A stretch of DNA of 64,000 bases from Bacillota bacterium (GTDB lineage Bacteria; Bacillota; Clostridia; Christensenellales; SZUA-584), in the NCBI GenBank assembly GCA_023390815.1, contig JAEWCC010000007.1, positions 25,315 through 89,314 of the forward strand, written 5' to 3'. Made by a program: the position numbers and the translations under genes. Numbering within the stretch: the first letter of the stretch is position 1; every line of letters starts with the position of its first letter. This document shows positions 52,527 through 60,739 of the stretch, piece after piece. The notes beneath the pieces are model-generated. The model made no database searches, was not told where the DNA came from, and saw only the letters and a list, made by a program, of their open reading frames with translations.

Positions 52527-54023
52527 TTAGTTCGCGGGCAGTGCATATAGTTCCTCAACACTCATGCCGAAACGCGCCTGAACGCTCTCTTTGAAAATAT
52601 TCATTGGCACGTTCATAAAATCATCACCCTGCGTATTAAAGGCTTCGTTAAGCACCGAGCGTAAGGGTTCAATACTTTGCGGGTTATATTCAAATTTATT
52701 CGCGGCAGGATAATAGTCAAATCTTGCCTCAGCGCCGTCCTTTTCCAAAGAAATGAAATAAACATTCTTGTCTGCGAAATACAAAATCATCATCTGATAG
52801 CCCTTCACATTGGGATCAACAAACGATATGCTCCAGTCAAGCCTATTCTCGACGGCGACATTATTATCCCATTCCGGTTTATGTATAGAGATTTCCATGC
52901 CGTTTTCTTGGTAAGTATAAGTTCCCTTATAATCAAGAAATGCAAATCCAAGTGTTTCATACGGTGATTGCAGCACAATATTTTCATCAAAGGGCATGCT
53001 ATACAGAATATCGATAGGAATTCCTAACGCCTCCTGAATTGTATTGTCAAAGAAGATGAAGGGGGTAAGCAGTACATCTTCGTCGTTCACATCGCCAAAC
53101 GCCTCCCGCACAATTGCCTCCATGCTTGCACGGTCGCAATTGGTGCTGTTTGTCGCGACATCATAGACATAGGTATAGTTTTCCTGAGTGTTTGGATTAA
53201 ACATCCACACAACATAGGCGTTATGCACAGGATAGAAACCGATAGCATTCTTATAGCCACTCTCCGACCCGGTAACCACTCGAATGCAGTTTTGCCAATC
53301 TTGCTGCGGCGGAGTACCCCACTCGACATGATTGATGCGTATGTCATATTTGTCCGTTTGATACAAGGCCAGTTTGTCACCATCGTTGAAGCTAAAGCCA
53401 AACTCGGCAAGGGTGAAGGCCACAGTAAAATCGGCTTGTTCGAGGTTCGCGCGTAGATCCGCAAGCGGAAAATAGTTCCCAATCTGGCTATTCTCAAGGT
53501 ACAGACATTTTAGGTTGGTGAGGGCTAAAAGCGGCGTTGGGTCTGCGATTGTGGAATGGTCCAGCATCAAGACACTCAGGTTGGTCAGACTGGCAAGCGG
53601 AGTATAGTCTTCTGCCGTGCAGCCGGTGAGTATCAATGCTTTTAAGTTGGTCAGAGCTGACAGAGGCGTAATATCGGTGATTGCGTTACCGGATAAATCG
53701 AGACTTTCGAGGCCGGTGAAGTTTTCCAATCCGGCAAGACTGCTAATCGGTGCTTTTTCCGATATGTATTTCTGCCACTCCGCAAAAGCGAGGTTCAAGC
53801 TTGTCACAGCTTGCGCTTCCGTAACCGTAATGTCACCGGTGGGCTTGCCCATCGCACCACGCACTATCACCTCAAGCGTTGGGTCGGCAAAGGTCACAAC
53901 GCTAGTCGTCGCCGTTTCTGTCTGCGTTGGTGTTGGTAATGGTGTTGTCGAAGCCGGTGTGCTGCATGCCACCAGTGAAGTGAGCAGCAGCAGAGCAAAC
54001 AATGCGGGCAGTACCTTTTTCAT
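52527..54023 (-). CDS. Lipoprotein with leucine-rich repeats (internalin-like LRR) and unknown C-terminal domain
   Basis: Lipobox LLLTSLVAC. LRR run LAGLENFTGLESLDLSGNAITDITPLSALTNLKALILTGC...LASLTNLSVLMLDHSTIADPTPLLALTNLKCLYLENSQI. Confidence 0.75.
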   Translation of the reverse strand: MKKVLPALFALLLLTSLVACSTPASTTPLPTPTQTETATTSVVTFADPTLEVIVRGAMGKPTGDITVTEAQAVTSLNLAFAEWQKYISEKAPISSLAGLENFTGLESLDLSGNAITDITPLSALTNLKALILTGCTAEDYTPLASLTNLSVLMLDHSTIADPTPLLALTNLKCLYLENSQIGNYFPLADLRANLEQADFTVAFTLAEFGFSFNDGDKLALYQTDKYDIRINHVEWGTPPQQDWQNCIRVVTGSESGYKNAIGFYPVHNAYVVWMFNPNTQENYTYVYDVATNSTNCDRASMEAIVREAFGDVNDEDVLLTPFIFFDNTIQEALGIPIDILYSMPFDENIVLQSPYETLGFAFLDYKGTYTYQENGMEISIHKPEWDNNVAVENRLDWSISFVDPNVKGYQMMILYFADKNVYFISLEKDGAEARFDYYPAANKFEYNPQSIEPLRSVLNEAFNTQGDDFMNVPMNIFKESVQARFGMSVEELYALPAN

Positions 54024-54049
54024 TTGGTGAATCCTCCTTTTTTAATCAA

Positions 54050-55237
54050 TTAATTGTTGATAAAGCTCCAGTAATCCGAGAAATTTTCCTCACTTAGAAG
54101 AATACTTGCTCCGTAGAGCTGCTTGCCCTTTGCGGCATCGAGCATCTCTTTGCGCACGCTCTCGCCGACAGTAGTGGCATAGTCAAACAATCTTTCGGAG
54201 AAAATGCTCTCTCCCGATGTAAGGTTCAACAATTCGGCATCCAGCGAGGCGTTGTATTGCGGAATGGTAGAATCATCATCACTGAAATGGAACGTCCCGA
54301 TTTCGTTTTCATAGCTGTAATGCAATAGAAGCGCATAGGTGGCTTTGTTGGGATCATCGGTCAAGATCAGTCCGCCGAACAAAAGATTGCCTGAGGTTTC
54401 GATCATGTCCTGCGTGCTGATTGGTTTATGTCGGGCGGAGGCACTGTTGTACCCGCCTTCGGATTCCCTTTTGGTTACGGGATCGATCACCATATCCGCA
54501 CAGACGATGTAGTATTTGGGAATGGGAGAGGACGGCGTAAAGGCGCGGATGTCCGAGATCCCATAGGCGCTTTGAAGGGCTTGTTCGTCCCAATTACGAA
54601 GCAACGTCTCAGCGAAAATGGTTTCAGCGGGGTCTCTTAGTGCGGCTAGCTCGTCTTCTGCTTGAGACGAATCGTAGGTGCTGGGATCCTGTATGGATAA
54701 TTTGAAATCGAAAACGCCACACCCGATTTCTGTTTGCGTGCCATCTGTTCCGCTGTACAAATAGTTGTACACCAATAAGAACGGAGCAAGCTCTTCGTTG
54801 AAGCACAGGTTTGAAATCGTGTTCGCACCCACAGAAAATTCATCAGTATATTTGCCATATTGAACAGGGTATGGCCCCGCGAAGTGCTCTGTGGCTGATG
54901 CTACTTTTATTTTGGTCTTTGAATCCCCACTGCCCGCTGATGCGTTTAAGTTTGTAATCTTAATGGTTACGTCATGAATGTACGTTTTGTCGGCAGAGAG
55001 AATAAAGCTGCATTTGATATCGCCAACACCGGAATTTTTGCTATGCCCTGCGAAGAGCAATTCGCCTTCTTTGGGCTTGACCACAGGTTCCGCAGTGGGG
55101 GCTACCGTTGGTTCAACCGTGGGCGCTGCGGACGATAGTACTTCCTGCGATGCCGTTACCGCGGGAGCGGGTGCACTGCAGGCTGCCATCGAAACAATTA
55201 GCAACAACGCGGTAAATGTGAACAGTGTCTTTTTCAT
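54050..55237 (-). CDS. Lipoprotein of unknown function
   Basis: Signal peptide plus lipobox LLIVSMAAC. A/P/T-rich linker. 395 aa. Confidence 0.65.
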   Translation of the reverse strand: MKKTLFTFTALLLIVSMAACSAPAPAVTASQEVLSSAAPTVEPTVAPTAEPVVKPKEGELLFAGHSKNSGVGDIKCSFILSADKTYIHDVTIKITNLNASAGSGDSKTKIKVASATEHFAGPYPVQYGKYTDEFSVGANTISNLCFNEELAPFLLVYNYLYSGTDGTQTEIGCGVFDFKLSIQDPSTYDSSQAEDELAALRDPAETIFAETLLRNWDEQALQSAYGISDIRAFTPSSPIPKYYIVCADMVIDPVTKRESEGGYNSASARHKPISTQDMIETSGNLLFGGLILTDDPNKATYALLLHYSYENEIGTFHFSDDDSTIPQYNASLDAELLNLTSGESIFSERLFDYATTVGESVRKEMLDAAKGKQLYGASILLSEENFSDYWSFINN

Positions 55238-55293
55238 AATAGAAACCTCATTTTCTTATTAACCTCACCTGGTGAAAGATATCTTGTCATGCG

Positions 55294-56290
55294 CTACTTA
55301 AACAAATTCCATGATAAATCCGTCAGATCATACAGCACTTCATGCGTTATCTTACTTTCATTGCACAATTTTCCCGTCAGCAACAATGTTCCATTCCGCT
55401 TTAACCCAGCGGTTATATCAGCGTTGGCTTTTATGGCCACAATGTCAAGCCAGTGCTGCGTTGCTGTTTCTCCATTTTCACTGAATCCTGCGGAAACAAC
55501 GGTACCGTCTCCCTTAAGCCCTATTGACGTATGGTTACCAGCCGCAACAGCAACGATATCATGCCATTGCTCCACCGCGAGGCAGCCGCCTGCGTCGTTA
55601 CCAAACGCTTTTACCGTTCCGTCAGCTTTCAACAAAAGCGTGTGGTTAAAGCCCTGCAGCGACTCCAATGACATTATCAATTCCGAAGATATCACATTGC
55701 CCGCAGTCGTTATCGCCGGCGGCAAGCACTTTACCATCGGCGGTGATTCCAATGGTATGATTATCTCCTGTAGCGACGTCGATCACGTTTCTCCACCCGC
55801 TTACATCGCATTGCCCATAGGCGTTGTAACCCGCTGCACTGACGCTGCCATCCTCATGAACGGCAACAAAATGATTCATCCCAGCGGAGCCTGTCACCAC
55901 GTTGCACATCCCTGCAACGTCGCATCGCCCGTGCGCATTCTCTCCGGCTGTAAGCACAGTCCCTTTATTGGTGATCGCTGCCGAAAAGTAGCCACCACCA
56001 CAAAGAACTACTACATTTTTCCAGTCTTTGCTATTGTTTCTGCCATCCTTACCGAAACCTGCGGAGAGAACACTGCCGTTGTTCCTGAGGCCCATCACAT
56101 AACCACCGCCAACGGCGATTCGAGCCATCATTTTTCTTGTTTCACTAAGACTGAATCGAGCTGCTTGCACCGCTTCTGCATAAACCAAGCCGCCCGCCCG
56201 TTTTGTCTGTTGTATCTGCGGTTCTTGTCCCGATGCCAGTGAGTTGTTGTTCTCCTTTTCCGTCTTTTTCAAAATATCAAAAAATCCCAT
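55294..56290 (-). pseudogene. RCC1-repeat (beta-propeller) protein interrupted by a single frameshift
   Basis: ORF 55646..56290 (MGFFDILKK..., repeats GxNxxGQCDV) stops at ...IGVAAGL*. ORF 55294..55752 continues the repeats in another frame (GFNHTLLLKADGTVKAFGNDAGGC...). Deleting one T from the TTT run at 55648-55650 restores VAAGLNHTLLLKADGTV. Confidence 0.7.
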
Positions 56291-56415
56291 CTTTATATCT
56301 CCTTTGTTTTGGTTTTAAATCATCAATAAACTGTAGACCGGTTAGCAGCTAAGAGTTCTGCGTCTACCGGTTAAAATTCCCTGGCTTGAAACCTACCTCA
56401 ATCACTGTACTGGTG

Positions 56416-57675
56416 TCATAGTGGCTCAATAAGCCCGTCCTTGTCCACATAATCACTATGACCGGCACAATTGCTGCTGATGGGTCCGTCGTTGTGGACA
56501 TCGCGAAACCTCTTTTTCTGGCGGTCGGCGTGCTGTGCGAACAGCTCCGGCAGCTCTGCATCGGAATAGAGCCAGCGCAACTGTACGGAGGCGTGCCAAT
56601 TTCCCTCCGATACCATTTCCTCTAGTAATTCAATCAGCGCGAAAGAGCACCGCTTCTCAAAGAGCTTGCGAATATTTATACCATCGCCGATGTGCTGCCG
56701 CACGAAACGCACGGCTTCATCCTCGCTGCCGCACATGGCAAGCCGTTGCATAATGATATCGCTGTGCTGCGGATATTCCGCCTCGCGTTTCCGCCACCAG
56801 CAAGTCGGCGCGTATTCTACTGGTATCCATGTGGCAATATGTTCACGTTTCAGACTGTCTTTTGGTAAATTTTCAAACAGCGCCATAAGCTCATTGGCCT
56901 TCATTTTTTTCATCGCGGCGGTTTCGACATCTACTACTGTCGTTTTGATAAATACGTCTTGTGCGTCGCTAGGATCAATACGATTGGCGGCTCCGCCACT
57001 TACATAGCTATCCATAAGGGCAATCTGTTTTAGAAGAGTTGGGTTTTTGATACGCTCATCCTCGATGCACTTGATCCACAGCTTTTGCATGCTCTTCTCG
57101 TCAGCGAATGAGAGGATCAATCTGCATAGCATATTCTCATCCGTTATCTGTTCGCCGCAGAGAGCACGCAGCTTCCCGTTTTCCGAAGCATCCATCGCAA
57201 TTTGCGCAAACAGCCTTTGGTCAGCCTCGCCCCAGTCGGATTGTTTAAGCTCCCCCAGGCGCTCCATCGTGGCACAACGCACATCTGCAGAAAGCGCGCT
57301 ATTCGCCACAATATGGGTAAGTACTCGGACGTCGCTCAGGTGTCTCACAGCTGCGCGTTTCCCGGAGTCGCTGGGGTGCTGTCGGACAAGCGCATACAGC
57401 AAGCTTGGGTCGGTCAGCCGTTTCAATACGATCCAGCCGAAGGCTTCCAATGGCGGTTCTTGCGTCAGTGCCATAAAGAACTGTGCAAGAAATTGCTGGT
57501 CATTAATACGTTCAATGCAAAGCTGACGCAAATGAACCTGATCGTCGGGGGACAGCCCGGAATGGGCCAAATCCGAAAGCAGTATTTCAATCAGCTTCTT
57601 CTCGTCGCGTATTCTGCCGATGGCCTTTTTTTGCTTACCCCAATTTGTCGTCATATAAGGCCTAATAATACCCAA
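56416..57675 (-). CDS. MGLF-like / HEAT-like repeat / HxD-tail family protein (member 8, divergent)
   Basis: TTG start with RBS AAGGAGGA: (M)GIIRPYMTTNWGKQKKAIGRIRDEKKLIEILL. Tail RDVHNDGPISSNCAGHSDYVDKDGLIEPL. Begins 17 nt after the rSAM stop. Confidence 0.7.
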   Translation of the reverse strand: MGIIRPYMTTNWGKQKKAIGRIRDEKKLIEILLSDLAHSGLSPDDQVHLRQLCIERINDQQFLAQFFMALTQEPPLEAFGWIVLKRLTDPSLLYALVRQHPSDSGKRAAVRHLSDVRVLTHIVANSALSADVRCATMERLGELKQSDWGEADQRLFAQIAMDASENGKLRALCGEQITDENMLCRLILSFADEKSMQKLWIKCIEDERIKNPTLLKQIALMDSYVSGGAANRIDPSDAQDVFIKTTVVDVETAAMKKMKANELMALFENLPKDSLKREHIATWIPVEYAPTCWWRKREAEYPQHSDIIMQRLAMCGSEDEAVRFVRQHIGDGINIRKLFEKRCSFALIELLEEMVSEGNWHASVQLRWLYSDAELPELFAQHADRQKKRFRDVHNDGPISSNCAGHSDYVDKDGLIEPL

Positions 57676-57692
57676 TATTATCCTCCTTGCCT

Positions 57693-59897
57693 TTAATTGA
57701 GCATACCCGCCAGATGCTCAAACGCAGCTTTCCGAGCCGTACAGTCAAAATCACCGTTGTCGATGTTCTGTTTGTCTCTTGACCATGCCTTACACATACC
57801 GCCGCAGAGGTATCGAACTTCGCATTCTCTGCATTTTTCATTTATGTCCACATCGTGCCGGGTTAGTTCACGGAAAGTTACGCCCTCTACAACATCCTCG
57901 AGCCTGTCTTTAAGCAGGTTGCCCAGCCTCTTATCCGCACCGCACCACGCATAGCACGGATAAGCGCCGCCGTCCGGCTCCACGTAAAGGTTCTGCCCAA
58001 GGCCGCAGGAGAAGCGCGGCCTGAAAGGCCGTTTTTTCTCATTCTCGTCTATGCAGAGAAAATCCGAGTCCTTCGGTGCGCTTTCTGCTCGGCCTAACGG
58101 TAGAATTGGTCTGAATCGCACATTTTCGATCCCAAGACGTTCGCACAATTCATCAATCGATTTCCCTTCTTTTCCTTCGCGCTGCGTTTTCGTCAGCGTC
58201 GCGCAGACGCCTACCCTGCGGACAAAGCCCAATTCCTTAATTCGTTCAAGGTTATCTATCGTCCGTGCGTAACGCCCTGCGCCGCGTTGCGCATCGTGGC
58301 TCGCTTCGTCGCCGTCTACGCTGACCACAATTTCAGGAAAGGCCTCGCATACAGCTTTCAGGCGCTCATCGGAAATCAGAAAGCCAAGCGACGTGCGCAG
58401 TATCAGCCGCATACCTTTCAGCAAAATACGCCTGATTCCCGCTAGCATTGCGTCGATTTCGGTATGCACTAGTGGCTCTCCGCCCGTCACCACCACCGCG
58501 CGAAAAAACGACTTCTGCGCGTCTTTGATAATATTAAGTATCGCGTTTGCAGGCATCTCGCTCATTTCACTCTCGCCGCCCAGCGCATAGCAATGTCCGC
58601 AGCGCAGCGGGCAATCGAACGTGACGTGCAGATACAGCTTGTTGAGTTCATTGACTCGGTTTTTCTTGTAACGCTCAAGTGCAGTACTCGCACCATACGG
58701 ATAACGGCCCCACTTGGATGCCTGTCTCATACGCTGTTCGTTGATTTCCAGATCGTAGGGATGCGGCTGGTCGCCTGCCATTTGTAGCAGCGGAGCATTC
58801 TCAGGAGTTATGCGTTTCGTCATAATGTAACCCATCTCAAGTGCCATATCGCGCGATATCTCATCGAATACCGCGCGATACGCCTCGCAGTAAGGATCCT
58901 TGTTTGTATTCGATGCGAACATGTTGTAAAGGCATCCGCCGCTGCAATACGGGAAGTGTACGCACGTCCCGCATTCCGCATGCGCGCCTTCCTGCTTTTC
59001 CAGTAATTTGCGATACGCTGCGCTTTCAATAATCTGTGCTTCCGTCAGGTCGTCCATCACGTTCCCCAGCACAAATTCAGCATGACCGCAGAAGCGCTGG
59101 CATGAATATACGCTGCCATCTGGCGCGATCGCCGCGAAACGACCGAGGCACGGGAAAAAAGTGCACGTATGTCCCTCTCCGTCAAAGCAGCCTTTCGCCA
59201 TGGAGTCCAGCGTCGATACCCTTGTCTGCCGCATATTGTTTTTATACGCTGCCAGAGTGTCCAGCATAATTTTGGTCATGTCCGCTACGGCCACAGTATA
59301 CGCGTCAGTTTCGCGGCCAAGTGCGCGTACCGCGCCGTGTAAAGCATATGGAATACCACTGCGCAAACTGCCTGCGTAATGCCGGAATACGCGCTCCGCC
59401 TCTCCCGCGGATTCGTGAGTAAATGTGCAGATGCGGCTGGCCTCCACGCCATATTGCAGCAGCACCGACCGCCCGCGCTCGTTGGCGGCGTAGTACCCTT
59501 TTCCACGTTGTACATCACACATCGCCTCATCGCCGTCTATGCTCGTGCCCACTGCTATTTGGTAACCTCGGATGAGCTGTGCCATATGCTCATCCATCGC
59601 GATAAGGTTGCTCTGCATGGAAAGGCGCAGCCTACGCCCGAAGCGTTGCTGCAGCTTTGGTAATATGTATTCGTAAAACTCCGGTCCGGCCAGCAGCGGT
59701 TCGCCGCCGTGAAATGTGACGCGTACGTTTCCCTCTTCAGGCGCGATCCGTTCCATAAAATCAAGAGCTTTATCTGCCACCTCACGCGTCATGGTTTCGC
59801 CCCGGTTGGGGCCGAAGCAATAGGTACACGAGGCCTGGCAGGCCGCTGTGGGCACGAGCATGAAGTTGGAGGGGCAAAAAGCGGATGTATGTTCCAT
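57693..59897 (-). CDS. Fused double radical-SAM / SPASM-domain enzyme (two complete maturase-like units)
   Basis: Start moved to the ATG at 59897 (MEHTSAFCPSN, RBS AAAGGAGAC). Unit 1: CQASCTYC plus SPASM Cys array (CTFFPC, YSCQRFCGH, CGTCVHFPYCSGGCLYN, YCEAY). Unit 2: CPLRCGHC plus SPASM Cys array (SCGLGQ, YPCYAWCG, CRECEVRYLCGGMCKAW, DC). Confidence 0.85.
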   Translation of the reverse strand: MEHTSAFCPSNFMLVPTAACQASCTYCFGPNRGETMTREVADKALDFMERIAPEEGNVRVTFHGGEPLLAGPEFYEYILPKLQQRFGRRLRLSMQSNLIAMDEHMAQLIRGYQIAVGTSIDGDEAMCDVQRGKGYYAANERGRSVLLQYGVEASRICTFTHESAGEAERVFRHYAGSLRSGIPYALHGAVRALGRETDAYTVAVADMTKIMLDTLAAYKNNMRQTRVSTLDSMAKGCFDGEGHTCTFFPCLGRFAAIAPDGSVYSCQRFCGHAEFVLGNVMDDLTEAQIIESAAYRKLLEKQEGAHAECGTCVHFPYCSGGCLYNMFASNTNKDPYCEAYRAVFDEISRDMALEMGYIMTKRITPENAPLLQMAGDQPHPYDLEINEQRMRQASKWGRYPYGASTALERYKKNRVNELNKLYLHVTFDCPLRCGHCYALGGESEMSEMPANAILNIIKDAQKSFFRAVVVTGGEPLVHTEIDAMLAGIRRILLKGMRLILRTSLGFLISDERLKAVCEAFPEIVVSVDGDEASHDAQRGAGRYARTIDNLERIKELGFVRRVGVCATLTKTQREGKEGKSIDELCERLGIENVRFRPILPLGRAESAPKDSDFLCIDENEKKRPFRPRFSCGLGQNLYVEPDGGAYPCYAWCGADKRLGNLLKDRLEDVVEGVTFRELTRHDVDINEKCRECEVRYLCGGMCKAWSRDKQNIDNGDFDCTARKAAFEHLAGMLN

Positions 59898-59907
59898 TTT
59901 GTCTCCT

Positions 59908-60736
59908 TTATTCAATCGTAAAAAACTCGGGCGGTATCATACTGTCGGAATGTCCGAAATCCACATGGTCGCCAAGGTCCTGATAGTGGGACTCCGAATC
60001 GTTATGCTCTTCTTCACGAATCACGTGTCCGTTCAGCCGCGTAATATGTTCCTGAAACCTCCCGCTCCGGTATATATGTTGCAGTAAAGTGCATGCGTCA
60101 ACGGATTTGCGTTCAAAGCAGTGATCGGTCAGCTACTGGAACGCGGCTTCGTCTATCTCTGTGATCCAATCCGCTTCCCCATGAGCGCTTTCCTGAACAA
60201 GTCGGCAGCCCACATACCTTGAGAGTGTTTGCTCTTCCTCCAGAAAACCGGCAAGCAGCCCCGGAGACGAAAGTTTTTGTATAGCGGCTCGCCGTACCTC
60301 AGCGTCCCTATCCTCCCGGCATATGCGAAGCAGCAAATCCGCACCTTTCCGGACAGTATGGCCTGAATACATCCCTGTTTTGCTGCGCGATCTGCGCGAG
60401 AGCCACCGGATCGTTGATCCTGTCCATCGCTGTTCACCGCACGATGGACTCCCCGGCCTGTGCAATCGGCACCAGCAGTTTGTTCGGGACTTGCAGCCGC
60501 TTCATCATCCCGGTCAGCGCCATGGATACGCTTCTGGACAGCGTTCCCACCGCCAGGCCGAGCTTCAGCAACATATCCTCGTCCACAATATGGCCTATCG
60601 TCTCGGCCTTTGCGGTATCGCAGGTCAGCTCGTCAGGAGCAATCAGCTTAAGCCTTCTGGCTTTTCATTCGCGATATGCCCTCAGTGCTTTGTCGGGATT
60701 ATCTCTATTTTCCCAAACGGGTCTGAACAGTCTATG
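59908..60736 (-). pseudogene. Decayed member of the MGLF / HEAT-like / HxD-tail family
   Basis: Own translation: degenerate start (CAT AGA CTG TTC = xRLFRPVWENRDNPDKALRAYRE), in-frame TGA at 60665-60667, second TGA near 60435, frameshift near 60375, in-frame TAG at 60133-60135, then a family tail ...LLQHIYRSGRFQEHITRLNGHVIREEEHNDSESHYQDLGDHVDFGHSDSMIPPEFFTIE*. Confidence 0.7.
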
Positions 60737-60739
60737 CCC

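Noticed and set aside
55289-56242. 317-aa plus-strand ORF
   Set aside because: It is antisense to the RCC1-repeat gene, whose blades are recognisable on the minus strand. The plus-frame product has no motif or RBS.
59908-60736. In-frame TGA/TAG codons as evidence of stop-codon reassignment or programmed readthrough (also the TGA at 41017)
   Set aside because: Intact paralogues terminate with TGA, TAA or TAG exactly where the family tail ends. The same remnant also has a frameshift and a destroyed start codon. Pseudogenisation is the simpler explanation.
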